From Planctomycetota bacterium (GTDB lineage Bacteria; Planctomycetota; J058), in contig JAHBXY010000023.1 of the NCBI GenBank assembly GCA_019636275.1, forward strand, positions 1,509-65,508: DNA of 64,000 nt, read 5' to 3'. Both the position numbers and the translations under genes were made by a program. Positions 36,251-47,542 of this stretch are shown one piece after another (positions within the stretch are counted from its first letter, which is position 1; each line of letters opens with the position of its first letter). The notes beneath the pieces are model-generated. The model was not told the DNA's origin, did not search any database, and saw only the letters and a program-made list of their open reading frames with translations.

Positions 36251-36883
36251 ATGCTGCTCCTAGGCCTCTACCTGGGCGGGCTCGTCCTCGGCGGCGGGCT
36301 CCTCGCGGCGTCCGTCGTCATGGGCGACAGCGACCACGACGTCGACCACGACCTCGACCACGACCTCGACCACGACGTAAGCCACGGCGGGCACGTCGGC
36401 GCCGCCGACGCGGTGTGGCTGCCGATCCTGTCGATCCGCTTCTGGACCTTCTTCCTGGCCTTCTTCGGCCTCACCGGCCTCACGCTCGAGGGCCTGCGCG
36501 CCGTCGGCCTGATCGGCGCCCCCTGGCCCGTCGTGCTCGGCCTCGCGGCCGCCACGGGCGTCGGCGCCGGCGCGCTCGTGTCGCGCCTCCTGCGCGGGCT
36601 GAAGCAGGAGCGGGTCTCGTCGGAGGTCGTGCCGGAGCTGGACTACGTGGGCAAGGCGGCCGAGGTGCTGCTGGACGTCGCCCCCGGCGACCCCGGCCTC
36701 GTGCGCCTCGACGTCAAGGGCGTGTCGATCGACGTCTCGGCGGTGCTCGCCGACGACGGCGAGGCGCTGCGCCGCGGCAGCAAGGTCATCGTGCTCGCCT
36801 ACGAGCAGGGCAAGGTCAAGGTCGCGAAGTTCGAGACGGGCGAGCACGAGGCCGCGCGCGAGCGCCGGCGGGAGCCGGCGTGA
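36251..36883 (+). CDS. NfeD-like/YqiJ-like membrane protein with C-terminal OB fold
   Basis: TM helix, His/Asp-rich loop, LS.RFWTFFLAFFGLTG, then VGK.AEV..G.V. It precedes the flotillin genes. Confidence 0.8.
   Translation: MLLLGLYLGGLVLGGGLLAASVVMGDSDHDVDHDLDHDLDHDVSHGGHVGAADAVWLPILSIRFWTFFLAFFGLTGLTLEGLRAVGLIGAPWPVVLGLAAATGVGAGALVSRLLRGLKQERVSSEVVPELDYVGKAAEVLLDVAPGDPGLVRLDVKGVSIDVSAVLADDGEALRRGSKVIVLAYEQGKVKVAKFETGEHEAARERRREPA
36332..36379 (+). repeat. 12-bp tandem repeat GACCACGAC(C/G)TN x4 encoding DHD(V/L)
   Basis: Four consecutive units are directly visible. Confidence 0.85.
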
Positions 36884-36944
36884 GCGCGCGCGGCGCACCA
36901 GGGAAGCAAGGGGAGGCGCCCGCGGGCGCAGGGAGGAGGACGCC

Positions 36945-38264
36945 TTGAGTCAAGACATGCAGGCCTTCTTCACGGTCGTGGTGGGCAGCTTCGGCATGCT
37001 CATGGCCGTGCTGATGATCATCGGGCTCGTACGGCAGTTCATGTTCATCTGCCAGCCCAACGAGATCCTGGTCTTCTCGGGCCGGGAGCGGACGATGCCC
37101 AACGGGCAGACGGTCGGCTACCGGGTGATCTTCGGCGGCCGCGCCTACCGCTGGCCGTTCCTCGAGGAGGTCAAGCGCATGGACCTCCAGACCATGGAGG
37201 TCGAGGTCCAGACGCGCAACGCCTTCTGCAAGGGCGGCATCCGGCTCAACGTCGACGCGATCGCCAACGTGAAGATCTCGGACGACCCGCGCTTCGTGGG
37301 CAACGCGATCGAGCGCTTCCTCGGCCAGGACAAGGGCGAGATCCGCGCCGTGGCCAAGAACACGCTCGAGGGCCTCCTGCGCAGCGTCCTCGCCGGCCTG
37401 ACCCCCGAGGAGGTCAACGAGGACCGGCTGAAGTTCGCCGAGAGCCTGGCCAACGAGGCCGAGAAGGACCTCAACAAGCTGGGCCTGCACCTCGACACGT
37501 TCAACATCCACTCGGTCAGCGACGTGAAGGACTTCTCCTACCTGACGGAGATCGGCCGCAAGGCGATCGCCGAGGTGAAGAAGAACGCCGAGGTGAGCGA
37601 GGCGAACTGCAACCGCGAGGCGACCGAGGCCGAGGCCGGGGCGAAGGCCCGCGCCGACGTCGCGGGCGAGCAAGCGGAGACGGAGATCCGCACCCGGAGC
37701 AACGAGCTGCGCAAGATCAAGGCCGACCTCGAGGCCGAGGCCCGCTCGGCCGAGGCCGAGGCCGAGGCGGCGCGCGAGACCGCGCGCGCCCGCGCCGAGC
37801 AGGAGCTGCAGCGCGTGCGCGCCGAGCTCGAGGGCATGCGCCTGCAGGCCGAGGTCGTCGTCAAGGCCGAGGCCGACGCGGCGGCCCGCGAGTTCCAGGC
37901 GCGCGCCGAGGCGGCGCCGATCGCGGCCCGCGGCAAGGCCATGGCGGACGCGCTGGAGCTCGTGCGCCAGGCCTGGCTCGAGGCGGGCGACGGCGCCAAG
38001 CCGATCTTCATGATCCAGCAGCTCGACACGATCCTGCGCAGCGTCGTGGACCGCGTCGAGCAGATCCGCGTCGACAAGGTCTCGCTGCTCGACCGCGGCG
38101 ACGGCTCCAGCCTCCCGTCGTTCATCGCCAGCTACCCGGCCACCGTGAACGCGGTGCTGCGCGAGCTCAACCAGATCACCGGGATCGACGTCGTGGGGAC
38201 CCTCGGCAGCGGCGACGCGGCGAACGGCAACGGCGCCCGCGCCTTCAGCGGGAAGGAGGCCTGA
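36945..38264 (+). CDS. Flotillin (SPFH/band-7) protein 1
   Basis: ICQPNEILVFSGR, GGRAYRWPFLE..MDL, KGGIRLNVDAIANVKI, TLEG.LR.VLA.LTPEEVNEDR and AEA-rich coils. TTG start after GGAGGAGG. Confidence 0.92.
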   Translation: MSQDMQAFFTVVVGSFGMLMAVLMIIGLVRQFMFICQPNEILVFSGRERTMPNGQTVGYRVIFGGRAYRWPFLEEVKRMDLQTMEVEVQTRNAFCKGGIRLNVDAIANVKISDDPRFVGNAIERFLGQDKGEIRAVAKNTLEGLLRSVLAGLTPEEVNEDRLKFAESLANEAEKDLNKLGLHLDTFNIHSVSDVKDFSYLTEIGRKAIAEVKKNAEVSEANCNREATEAEAGAKARADVAGEQAETEIRTRSNELRKIKADLEAEARSAEAEAEAARETARARAEQELQRVRAELEGMRLQAEVVVKAEADAAAREFQARAEAAPIAARGKAMADALELVRQAWLEAGDGAKPIFMIQQLDTILRSVVDRVEQIRVDKVSLLDRGDGSSLPSFIASYPATVNAVLRELNQITGIDVVGTLGSGDAANGNGARAFSGKEA

Positions 38265-38265
38265 G

Positions 38266-39723
38266 ATGGGCTACGTACTGGCGTTCCTGTTCGTCGGCGG
38301 CGCCCTGGCCGTCGCGATCTATCAGGTCCTGACGAACCTGATCTACATCTGCAGCCCCAACGAGGTGCTGGTCTTCTCGGGCGGCACGCACTCGCTCCGC
38401 GGCGGGAAGACGGTCGGCTACCGGGTGGTCAAGGGCGGGCGCGCCACGCGCATCCCGTTCTTCGAGACGGTCGACCGCATGGACCTCACCAACATGAACA
38501 TCGACGTGTCGGTGAAGGGCGCCTTCTCCAAGGGCGGCATCGCGCTCAACGTCGAGGGCATCGCCAACGTCAAGATCGCCGGCGAGTCGCCGGCGCTCGA
38601 CAACGCGCTGCAGCGGCTCATGGGCAAGCCCAAGCCGGTGATCATGCGGATCGCCAAGGACACGCTCGAGGGCTACCTGCGTGGCGTGCTGGCCAGCCTC
38701 ACGCCCTCGGACGTGAACGAGAACACGCAGGCCTTCGAGAAGGCGCTGCGCGAGCAGGCGGGCGAGGGCTTCGAGCGGCTGGGGCTGACGCTGGACAACC
38801 TCAAGATCCAGTCGATCAGCGACGACGTGGGCTACCTGGCCGCCGTCGGCCGCATCAGCGCGGCGCAGCTCCAGCGCGACAACCGCGTCGCCGAGGCGCA
38901 GCGCCGGTCGGAGTCGATGGTCGAGCAGGCCGACGCGCGCAAGCGCGGCGAGCTGGCGAAGATCAACGCCCAGCTGAGCATCACCCGCGCCGAGGCCGCG
39001 CGCCGCGTGGCCAACGCCAAGACGGCCGGGCTGGCCTACGTGGCCGAGCAGCAGGGCGAGGTCGCCGCGCTGCTCACCCGCGCCAAGGCCGACCTGGCCC
39101 TGCAGGAGGCGCGCATCGAGCAGGCGCGCCACCAGCTCGAGGCCGAGGTGATCACGCCCGCCCGCAAGGACATGGAAGCGCGGATCTCGCAGGCGCGCGG
39201 CGACGCCGCGCCGATCCTCGAGACCGGCCGGGCGCGCGCCACGGCGCTGCGCGACCTGGCGACCCAGTGGCACCAGGCCGGCGGGTCGGCCAAGGACGTG
39301 TTCCTGCTCCAGCGGCTCGAGACGATCCTGCCCACGTTCCTGGACAGCATCCGCCGCGTGCGCGTGAGCGAGTTCACCATGCTCCAGGGCGGCGGCCAGG
39401 CGGGCGGCCTGCCGTCGCAGGCCGTGGCCACGGTCAAGGCGCTGGAAGCGGGCGGGATCGACGTGGCCGGGATCCTGAACCGGCTCGGCGGCGCCGCCCC
39501 CGCGGCGGCGGCCCCGGCCCCGGCGTCGCTCTCGGCCCCGCCGCCCCGGCCGCAGAGCCCGCCGCCGGCCCCGCCGCCCCCGCCGCGGCAGCCCCGGGCC
39601 GAGGCCATGCAGCTCGAGATCCCGTCCGACGCCTTCGCCCCGGTGACGAACCCGGGCGAGGCGCCGCCCAAGGCGCGGCTGATCCAGAAGCCGCAGCAGC
39701 CGCGCGACTCGCGCCGCTACTGA
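38266..39723 (+). CDS. Flotillin (SPFH/band-7) protein 2 with Pro-rich tail
   Basis: ICSPNEVLVFSG, RIPFFETVDRMDL, SKGGIALNVEGIANVKI and TLEGYLRGVLASLTP. Confidence 0.92.
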   Translation: MGYVLAFLFVGGALAVAIYQVLTNLIYICSPNEVLVFSGGTHSLRGGKTVGYRVVKGGRATRIPFFETVDRMDLTNMNIDVSVKGAFSKGGIALNVEGIANVKIAGESPALDNALQRLMGKPKPVIMRIAKDTLEGYLRGVLASLTPSDVNENTQAFEKALREQAGEGFERLGLTLDNLKIQSISDDVGYLAAVGRISAAQLQRDNRVAEAQRRSESMVEQADARKRGELAKINAQLSITRAEAARRVANAKTAGLAYVAEQQGEVAALLTRAKADLALQEARIEQARHQLEAEVITPARKDMEARISQARGDAAPILETGRARATALRDLATQWHQAGGSAKDVFLLQRLETILPTFLDSIRRVRVSEFTMLQGGGQAGGLPSQAVATVKALEAGGIDVAGILNRLGGAAPAAAAPAPASLSAPPPRPQSPPPAPPPPPRQPRAEAMQLEIPSDAFAPVTNPGEAPPKARLIQKPQQPRDSRRY

Positions 39724-39931
39724 TCGGGGGCGCTCCCGCGCCGCGAACGGGCCGCCGGTCGTCTCGACCGGCGGCCCTGCCGCGTACGGACGTCCTCGCC
39801 GCGAGGTCCTGACCGCGTCAGGCGACGCTCGAGCACTCCGGCGCGTCGAGGCGCACCCCGTGCTCGAGGAGCGCGTGGAGCGACAGGAGCACCTGACGCC
39901 ACCCGTCGCACTCGGCGTCGGGCCAGGTCTA

Positions 39932-41518
39932 ATGACGCGCGCCGTGTCCGAGCCGCCGCGCCACGACGTGCCGCTCCTCGCCGCGCGCGCCGTCTCGGCC
40001 GCGCTGGTGCTCCTGGCGCTCCTGCGCGCGCTGACGCTCGGCGGCGAGTACTACGACGCCTACGAGACGCGCCTGGCCGCGCGCACGCTCCTCGGCTGGG
40101 ACACGGGCCAGCCGTTCCCGGTCTACCGCTCGCCGCTCCTGGTCCTCGCCTCGGTCGCCTGCGAGGGGCTCGGCCGCGCCGCCGCCTGGGTCGGCCCGGC
40201 CCTGCTCGCGGCCGCCGCCTACGGCGGGCTCGTCGCGGCGGTCGAGGTCCTCGCGCGGCGCCTGGGCGCGCGCCCCTGGGTGGCCGCCGCCGCGGGGACG
40301 CTCTGCGCGCTGGACCTCGCCGCCTGGGACCACGCCGCGCACGGGCTCCCGGACGTGCCGGCGGCGGCCGCGTGCGCGCTCGCGCTGATGGTCGCGGTGC
40401 GCCCCGGCCCGTGGGCGGCGCGGCCGGTGACGCTCGGCCTGCTCGTGGGCCTGGCCGCGCTCGCCCGTCACAACGCGGGCCTCGTCGGGCTGGCGCTCCT
40501 GGCCGGCGTGCCGCGCGCGGACGACGGCTGGCGGCCCGCCCTTGGCCGGGTGGCCCTGGCCGGGGTGGTGTCGGCCGGGCTGTACCTGGCCGTGAGCACG
40601 CTCGTGTTCGCCTGGGGCCGCGGCTCGCTCGGCGAGGGGCTCGCCGGCCACTCGGCGCTGGCCGAGTTCCAGCGCCTGCAGCTGGCCGAGAACCGGGTGC
40701 GCTACGGCGCGCAGCAGCCCCCGCTCGCGGCCCTCCTCTACGCGGCCCTGTCCATGCCCTGGTTCGCGCTCCTCGCGCCGCTCGGCGCGGCGCACGCGGC
40801 CCGCCGCGGCGCCTCGCCTGCCGCGCGCGCCTGCCTCGTGTGGGCGGCCACGCACCTGCTCGTGCTCTCCGTCTTCGCCGGCCACGTCGAAGGCCGCTAC
40901 CTGCTCCCGGCGCTCCCGGCCCTGGCCGCGCTGTCGGCGCTGGCGCTCGACCGGCTCGTCGGGGCGCGGTCCGGCGCGCTCGTGGTCGCGGGCCTCGTGG
41001 CCCTGCCGCTCGTCCTGCGCGGGCCCTTCGCCCTGGCCCACGCGCGCGACCCCGTGACCCGCGCGTCGGTGCCGGCCCGCCTCGCGGCCGAGGTCGAGGC
41101 CGCCCGGGGGCCCCAGGGGCGGGTGTTCTGGACGACGACCCACCCCTACCCGGTCGCGCCACGCGTCGTCTTCGAGCAGGGGACGCCGCTGCCGCGCGAC
41201 CCGGTCCACGCGATCTTCCACGTGGGCCCCGTGGTCCTCGCCTACCACCTCGAGCGGCCGGTCGTGCTCCTGGGGCCGGTGCCCGGGCGCGAGGGAGGCC
41301 TGCGCGAGGCCGACGACCTGCGCGACCTGGTGCGCCGGGCGCGGCTGGGCGACGGCACGCCGTTCCGGCCGGGCGACGTGCTGGTCGCCGGCACGCCGTT
41401 CCCCAGCCGCACCTGGGAGGTGAAGGGCCGCGCGTGGCCGCCGCTCCTGATCGCCCCCGTCGTGGCGGGCGAGGGCGGCGTCCTGGACGTCGCGCCGCGC
41501 CCGTTCAGGAGCGACTAG
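39932..41518 (+). CDS. GT-C type (PMT/ArnT-like) membrane glycosyltransferase, putative
   Basis: Multi-TM protein with YYDAYE loop, YRSPL, LPDVP, GLAALARH and EGRYLLPALP. Confidence 0.6.
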   Translation: MTRAVSEPPRHDVPLLAARAVSAALVLLALLRALTLGGEYYDAYETRLAARTLLGWDTGQPFPVYRSPLLVLASVACEGLGRAAAWVGPALLAAAAYGGLVAAVEVLARRLGARPWVAAAAGTLCALDLAAWDHAAHGLPDVPAAAACALALMVAVRPGPWAARPVTLGLLVGLAALARHNAGLVGLALLAGVPRADDGWRPALGRVALAGVVSAGLYLAVSTLVFAWGRGSLGEGLAGHSALAEFQRLQLAENRVRYGAQQPPLAALLYAALSMPWFALLAPLGAAHAARRGASPAARACLVWAATHLLVLSVFAGHVEGRYLLPALPALAALSALALDRLVGARSGALVVAGLVALPLVLRGPFALAHARDPVTRASVPARLAAEVEAARGPQGRVFWTTTHPYPVAPRVVFEQGTPLPRDPVHAIFHVGPVVLAYHLERPVVLLGPVPGREGGLREADDLRDLVRRARLGDGTPFRPGDVLVAGTPFPSRTWEVKGRAWPPLLIAPVVAGEGGVLDVAPRPFRSD

Positions 41519-42066
41519 TCCTCGCCGATGCGCCGCCGCACGTGGCCCTGCGCGTCGAAGAACACGAGCTGCGCCTTGCCGTCGGCGCCCACGGCCCAGG
41601 CGCCGCGCGTCACGCCGCGCGGGTCGTTGATGCCGATGAACGGCACGCCCTGGTCGTTGACGCCGATCGCCAGGACGCTCCGGCCCTGCGCGTCGTGGAG
41701 GCCGATCGCGGGCGACCCGTCGCTCGTGAGCACGAGCCCGGCGCGCGCGCCGCCGTCGGCCGCCAGCAGGGTGAACCCGGCCGTGCCGCCTCGGTCGAGC
41801 GACACGCCGACGCGCTCGTGGCCCGCCTCGTCGCGCAGGGCCAGCGTGGCCGTGCCTTCGCCGTCCACCGACATCACCAGCCGCTCGCGCCCGCCCTCGT
41901 CCTTGAGCACGAACCGCTCGGCGGCCACCGTCGTCGGCCCGCCGCCCTGCCCCGAGAGGACCAGCGCCAGCGCCAGCGCCGCCGCCCCCGCCGCCGCCCG
42001 CCGCCAGCGCGCCAGCGCCCGCTCCACGCCCGCGAGCCGCTCCTCGAGCGCCGTCGTCCGCTCCAC
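41515..42066 (-). CDS. Hypothetical protein with repeated beta-strand unit (L.L.D..G..R)
   Basis: Coiled coil and TM, TVAAERFVLKDEGGRER, then about 5 repeats of a ~22-aa unit; GGAGG RBS. Confidence 0.7.
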   Translation of the reverse strand: MERTTALEERLAGVERALARWRRAAAGAAALALALVLSGQGGGPTTVAAERFVLKDEGGRERLVMSVDGEGTATLALRDEAGHERVGVSLDRGGTAGFTLLAADGGARAGLVLTSDGSPAIGLHDAQGRSVLAIGVNDQGVPFIGINDPRGVTRGAWAVGADGKAQLVFFDAQGHVRRRIGED

Positions 42067-42202
42067 CCGTCACCTCCCGGCCAGACGTCGCCCCCTGCTG
42101 CGACTCTAGCGCTCGCCCTGCGCGGCGTCCGGACGCGCCGTCACCCGGCGGGGACGCGCTGCCCCGTTGGAGAGCTCCGCGACACCGCCAAGAAGGAGGA
42201 CT

Positions 42203-42394
42203 GAACCGCCAAGACGCCACTCGGGCGCTGGTCGGACCCGCTTCGCGGGTCCCGAACCAGCGCCCGAGCGCCAAGGGGATGATCGTGCTCCGCCACGAGT
42301 CCCTCGTTCTCCCTTGCCTCACTCCCTTGGCGCGCGCGCGCGCGGGGACCCGCGGAGCGGGTCCCCGCGTGCGCGCGTGGCGTCTTGGCGGTTC
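42203..42394. mobile_element. MITE/REP-like element copy 2
   Basis: 18-bp TIR GAACCGCCAAGACGCCAC (42203-42220 / 42377-42394), with the same two hairpins and a homologous spacer as copy 1. Confidence 0.75.
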
Positions 42395-42402
42395 TCGTGA
42401 GG

Positions 42403-42735
42403 CTAACGGCTCGAGACGGGCGCCACGTCCAGCGGCGTCAGCGCCAGGTGCTCCTCGACGCGCGCGAAGAGCGCGTCGCCGAGGACGGCGCGCACCTCGT
42501 CGAGCGAGCGGTAGGGGCGGCCGGCGACGATCCGCTCGGCCGTGGCCGGGCCGACGCCCGGCAGGACGGTGAGCGCGTGGCGCGAGGCCAGGTTCACGTC
42601 GACGCGCGCCGGCGCCACCTCGAGGGTCACGGGCGTCACGGGGCGCAGCCAGGCGTGGACGCCCAGGGCCACGAGGCCCACCGTCACGAGCGCCGCGCCC
42701 GCGAGGACCTCCCCGCGGAAGTAGGCCGGACGCAC
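42403..42735 (-). CDS. ComEA-like helix-hairpin-helix DNA-binding membrane protein
   Basis: TM then VDVNLAS..L..LPGVGPATAERIVAGRPY.SLDEV. Confidence 0.8.
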   Translation of the reverse strand: MRPAYFRGEVLAGAALVTVGLVALGVHAWLRPVTPVTLEVAPARVDVNLASRHALTVLPGVGPATAERIVAGRPYRSLDEVRAVLGDALFARVEEHLALTPLDVAPVSSR

Positions 42736-42737
42736 GG

Positions 42738-43382
42738 TCAGCGCTCCGGCCGGCGGTCGCGCCCGCCGGCGCGGTCGAGCCGGCCGGCCGGGCCCTCGAG
42801 CGAGAGGTCGACGCGGCCCACGTAGACCAGCGAGCCGACGGCGGCCACGGCGCGGTCGGCCAGGGCGGCGGCGTCGGGGCGCTGCGTGCGCGCGGTCACG
42901 CGCACGGCGGCCCCGGTCTGCGCCAGCCCCGTGACCTGCACGCTCGGGCTGCTCAGCCCCGCGCGCTGCACCGTGACCTCGATCTCGCGCACGGCCGCGC
43001 GCGCGTGGGCCAGCCGCCCGACGAGCTCGATGTTGACCCGCGCCTGGCGCAGCGGGTCCTCCTTGACCCGCGCCACGCACACCTCGACGCGGGTCGTCGG
43101 GCCGGCGATCCGGCGGTAGGCCTCGAGCGAGAACACGGCCAGGTCGGTGAGCGCCGCCTCGTCGGGCACGACGCGCGCCGGCGCCTGGACCTCGATCCAG
43201 GGCGCCGTGCCCGGGTTGAAGCGGGTCACGAAGCCGGTGGCCTCGTAGCGCTGCTCCAGCTCGGGCACGACCTGCAGGATCGGCGTCTTGCCGGAGTAGT
43301 AGATGATCCCGCCGCCGAAGACGACGACCGTGAAGATCCCCATGACGACGATCGCCAGGGGGGAGTCGGAGCGGCGGCGCAC
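42738..43382 (-). CDS. Hypothetical membrane-anchored protein
   Basis: N-terminal TM helix, typical codon usage, and tightly packed in the operon. Confidence 0.65.
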   Translation of the reverse strand: MRRRSDSPLAIVVMGIFTVVVFGGGIIYYSGKTPILQVVPELEQRYEATGFVTRFNPGTAPWIEVQAPARVVPDEAALTDLAVFSLEAYRRIAGPTTRVEVCVARVKEDPLRQARVNIELVGRLAHARAAVREIEVTVQRAGLSSPSVQVTGLAQTGAAVRVTARTQRPDAAALADRAVAAVGSLVYVGRVDLSLEGPAGRLDRAGGRDRRPER

Positions 43383-43383
43383 G

Positions 43384-44016
43384 TCAGTCGTACCCGGGCA
43401 GCGAGGTGATCCCCTCGACGCGCGCGCCGGCGGCGACGCCGTTGCGCCGGAACCAGCCCTGGTCCATCTCGAGGCCGAAGCGCACGGGCGCGTTCGACGG
43501 GTGCCCGCGCTCGTCGTGCGGCTGCATGTCGACGATCGTGGCGATCCGCCCGCGCTCGTCGATGTAGGCGATCGACAGGGGAATGAACGTGTTCTTCATC
43601 CAGAACGAGCGCTCGCGCACGTCCGGGTAGACGAAGAGCATGCCGTGGTCGCGCGGCAGCTCGCGCACGTGCATGAGCCCCAGGCGGCGGCGGTCCTCGG
43701 TGTCGGCGATCCACGCCGTCACCGGGACGCCGCCGACGCGGAGCTGCCGCGTGGGCAGCAGGTCGAGCTGGTGCCGCCCCTCCCACGGGGCCGGCGTGGC
43801 CATCGGCCGCGGGCCCACGGGGCCCGGTGTCGGCGAGGCGGGCGGCGTCTCGGGCGGCGGCGGGTCGGGCGGGCGCTCGTCGGCCGGGCGCGGGTCCTGG
43901 TCGAGCGCGGCCGCCGGCGCCGGCGCGGGCGCGCCCTCGCTTGGCGGGGTCGGGCAGCCCGTCGCCAGGAGGACCAGCGCGAGCGTGGCAGCGGTCGACG
44001 TGCGCGCCGGCGTCAT
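43384..44016 (-). CDS. DUF192 family lipoprotein
   Basis: Lipobox LATG|C, Pro-rich linker, IADT..R..GLM, GMLFVY, FWMKNTFIPLSIAYID and LEM..GWF. Confidence 0.9.
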   Translation of the reverse strand: MTPARTSTAATLALVLLATGCPTPPSEGAPAPAPAAALDQDPRPADERPPDPPPPETPPASPTPGPVGPRPMATPAPWEGRHQLDLLPTRQLRVGGVPVTAWIADTEDRRRLGLMHVRELPRDHGMLFVYPDVRERSFWMKNTFIPLSIAYIDERGRIATIVDMQPHDERGHPSNAPVRFGLEMDQGWFRRNGVAAGARVEGITSLPGYD

Positions 44017-44602
44017 CGTGCACCCAGCATGGCAGAAACGCGCTCCAGCGGAAGCCCCACCACGTTACTCCAGCTCCCCGAGACGCCGGCGACGAGCGCG
44101 GCGGCCGCCTCGTCCTGCACGCCGTAGGCGCCGGCCTTCCCGCGCCACCCGCCCGAGTCGAGGTAGGCCTGGAGGGCGGCCTGGCCGAAGTCCGCGAAGC
44201 GCACCTCGCTCCGCTCGACCTCGACGCGCAGCCCGCCGCCGTCGCCGACCAGCGCCACGGCCGTGAGCACCTCGTGCCCGCGGCCGCGCAGGCGGCCGAG
44301 CATGCCGGCGGCGGCCGCGCGGTCGGGCGCCTTGCCCAGGAGGGCGCCGTCGAGGACCACCGTCGTGTCCGCCGCCAGGACCCGCTGCCCGGCGCGCGCG
44401 CGCGGCAGGGCGGCCAGGAGCTTCAGCAGCGCCACGCGCGTCACGGCGGCGGCCGGGTCGAGGCCGCGCGCCCGGGCGTCGTCGGCGACGAGCGCCTCGG
44501 CCGCGTCGTCGACGCCCGGGTCGAGCGCCTCGAAGGCCACGCCGGCCGAGCGCAGGAGCTCCGACCGGCGCGGCGACGTCGAGGCCAGGAGCAGCGGCCC
44601 GC

Positions 44603-44606
<4 letters not shown>
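44013..44606 (-). CDS. maf: Maf family nucleoside triphosphate pyrophosphatase
   Basis: LLLASTSPRRSELL, LAADTTV..LLGK, GKAGAYGVQ and SNVVGLP. Confidence 0.92.
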
Positions 44607-47482
<2,876 letters not shown>

Positions 47483-47542
47483 GGGAGGCGCCTCCGGGCT
47501 GAACCCGGCATTCTACTCCATGTCGCGGCGGCGCCCGGTCGA

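Noticed and set aside
27059-42735. ComF and ComEA together with the PilT-containing cluster as a competence (DNA uptake) locus
   Set aside because: comF and comEA sit in unrelated housekeeping contexts 11 and 26 kb from the cluster and lack the operator, and there is no comEC. DNA uptake remains only an alternative hypothesis.
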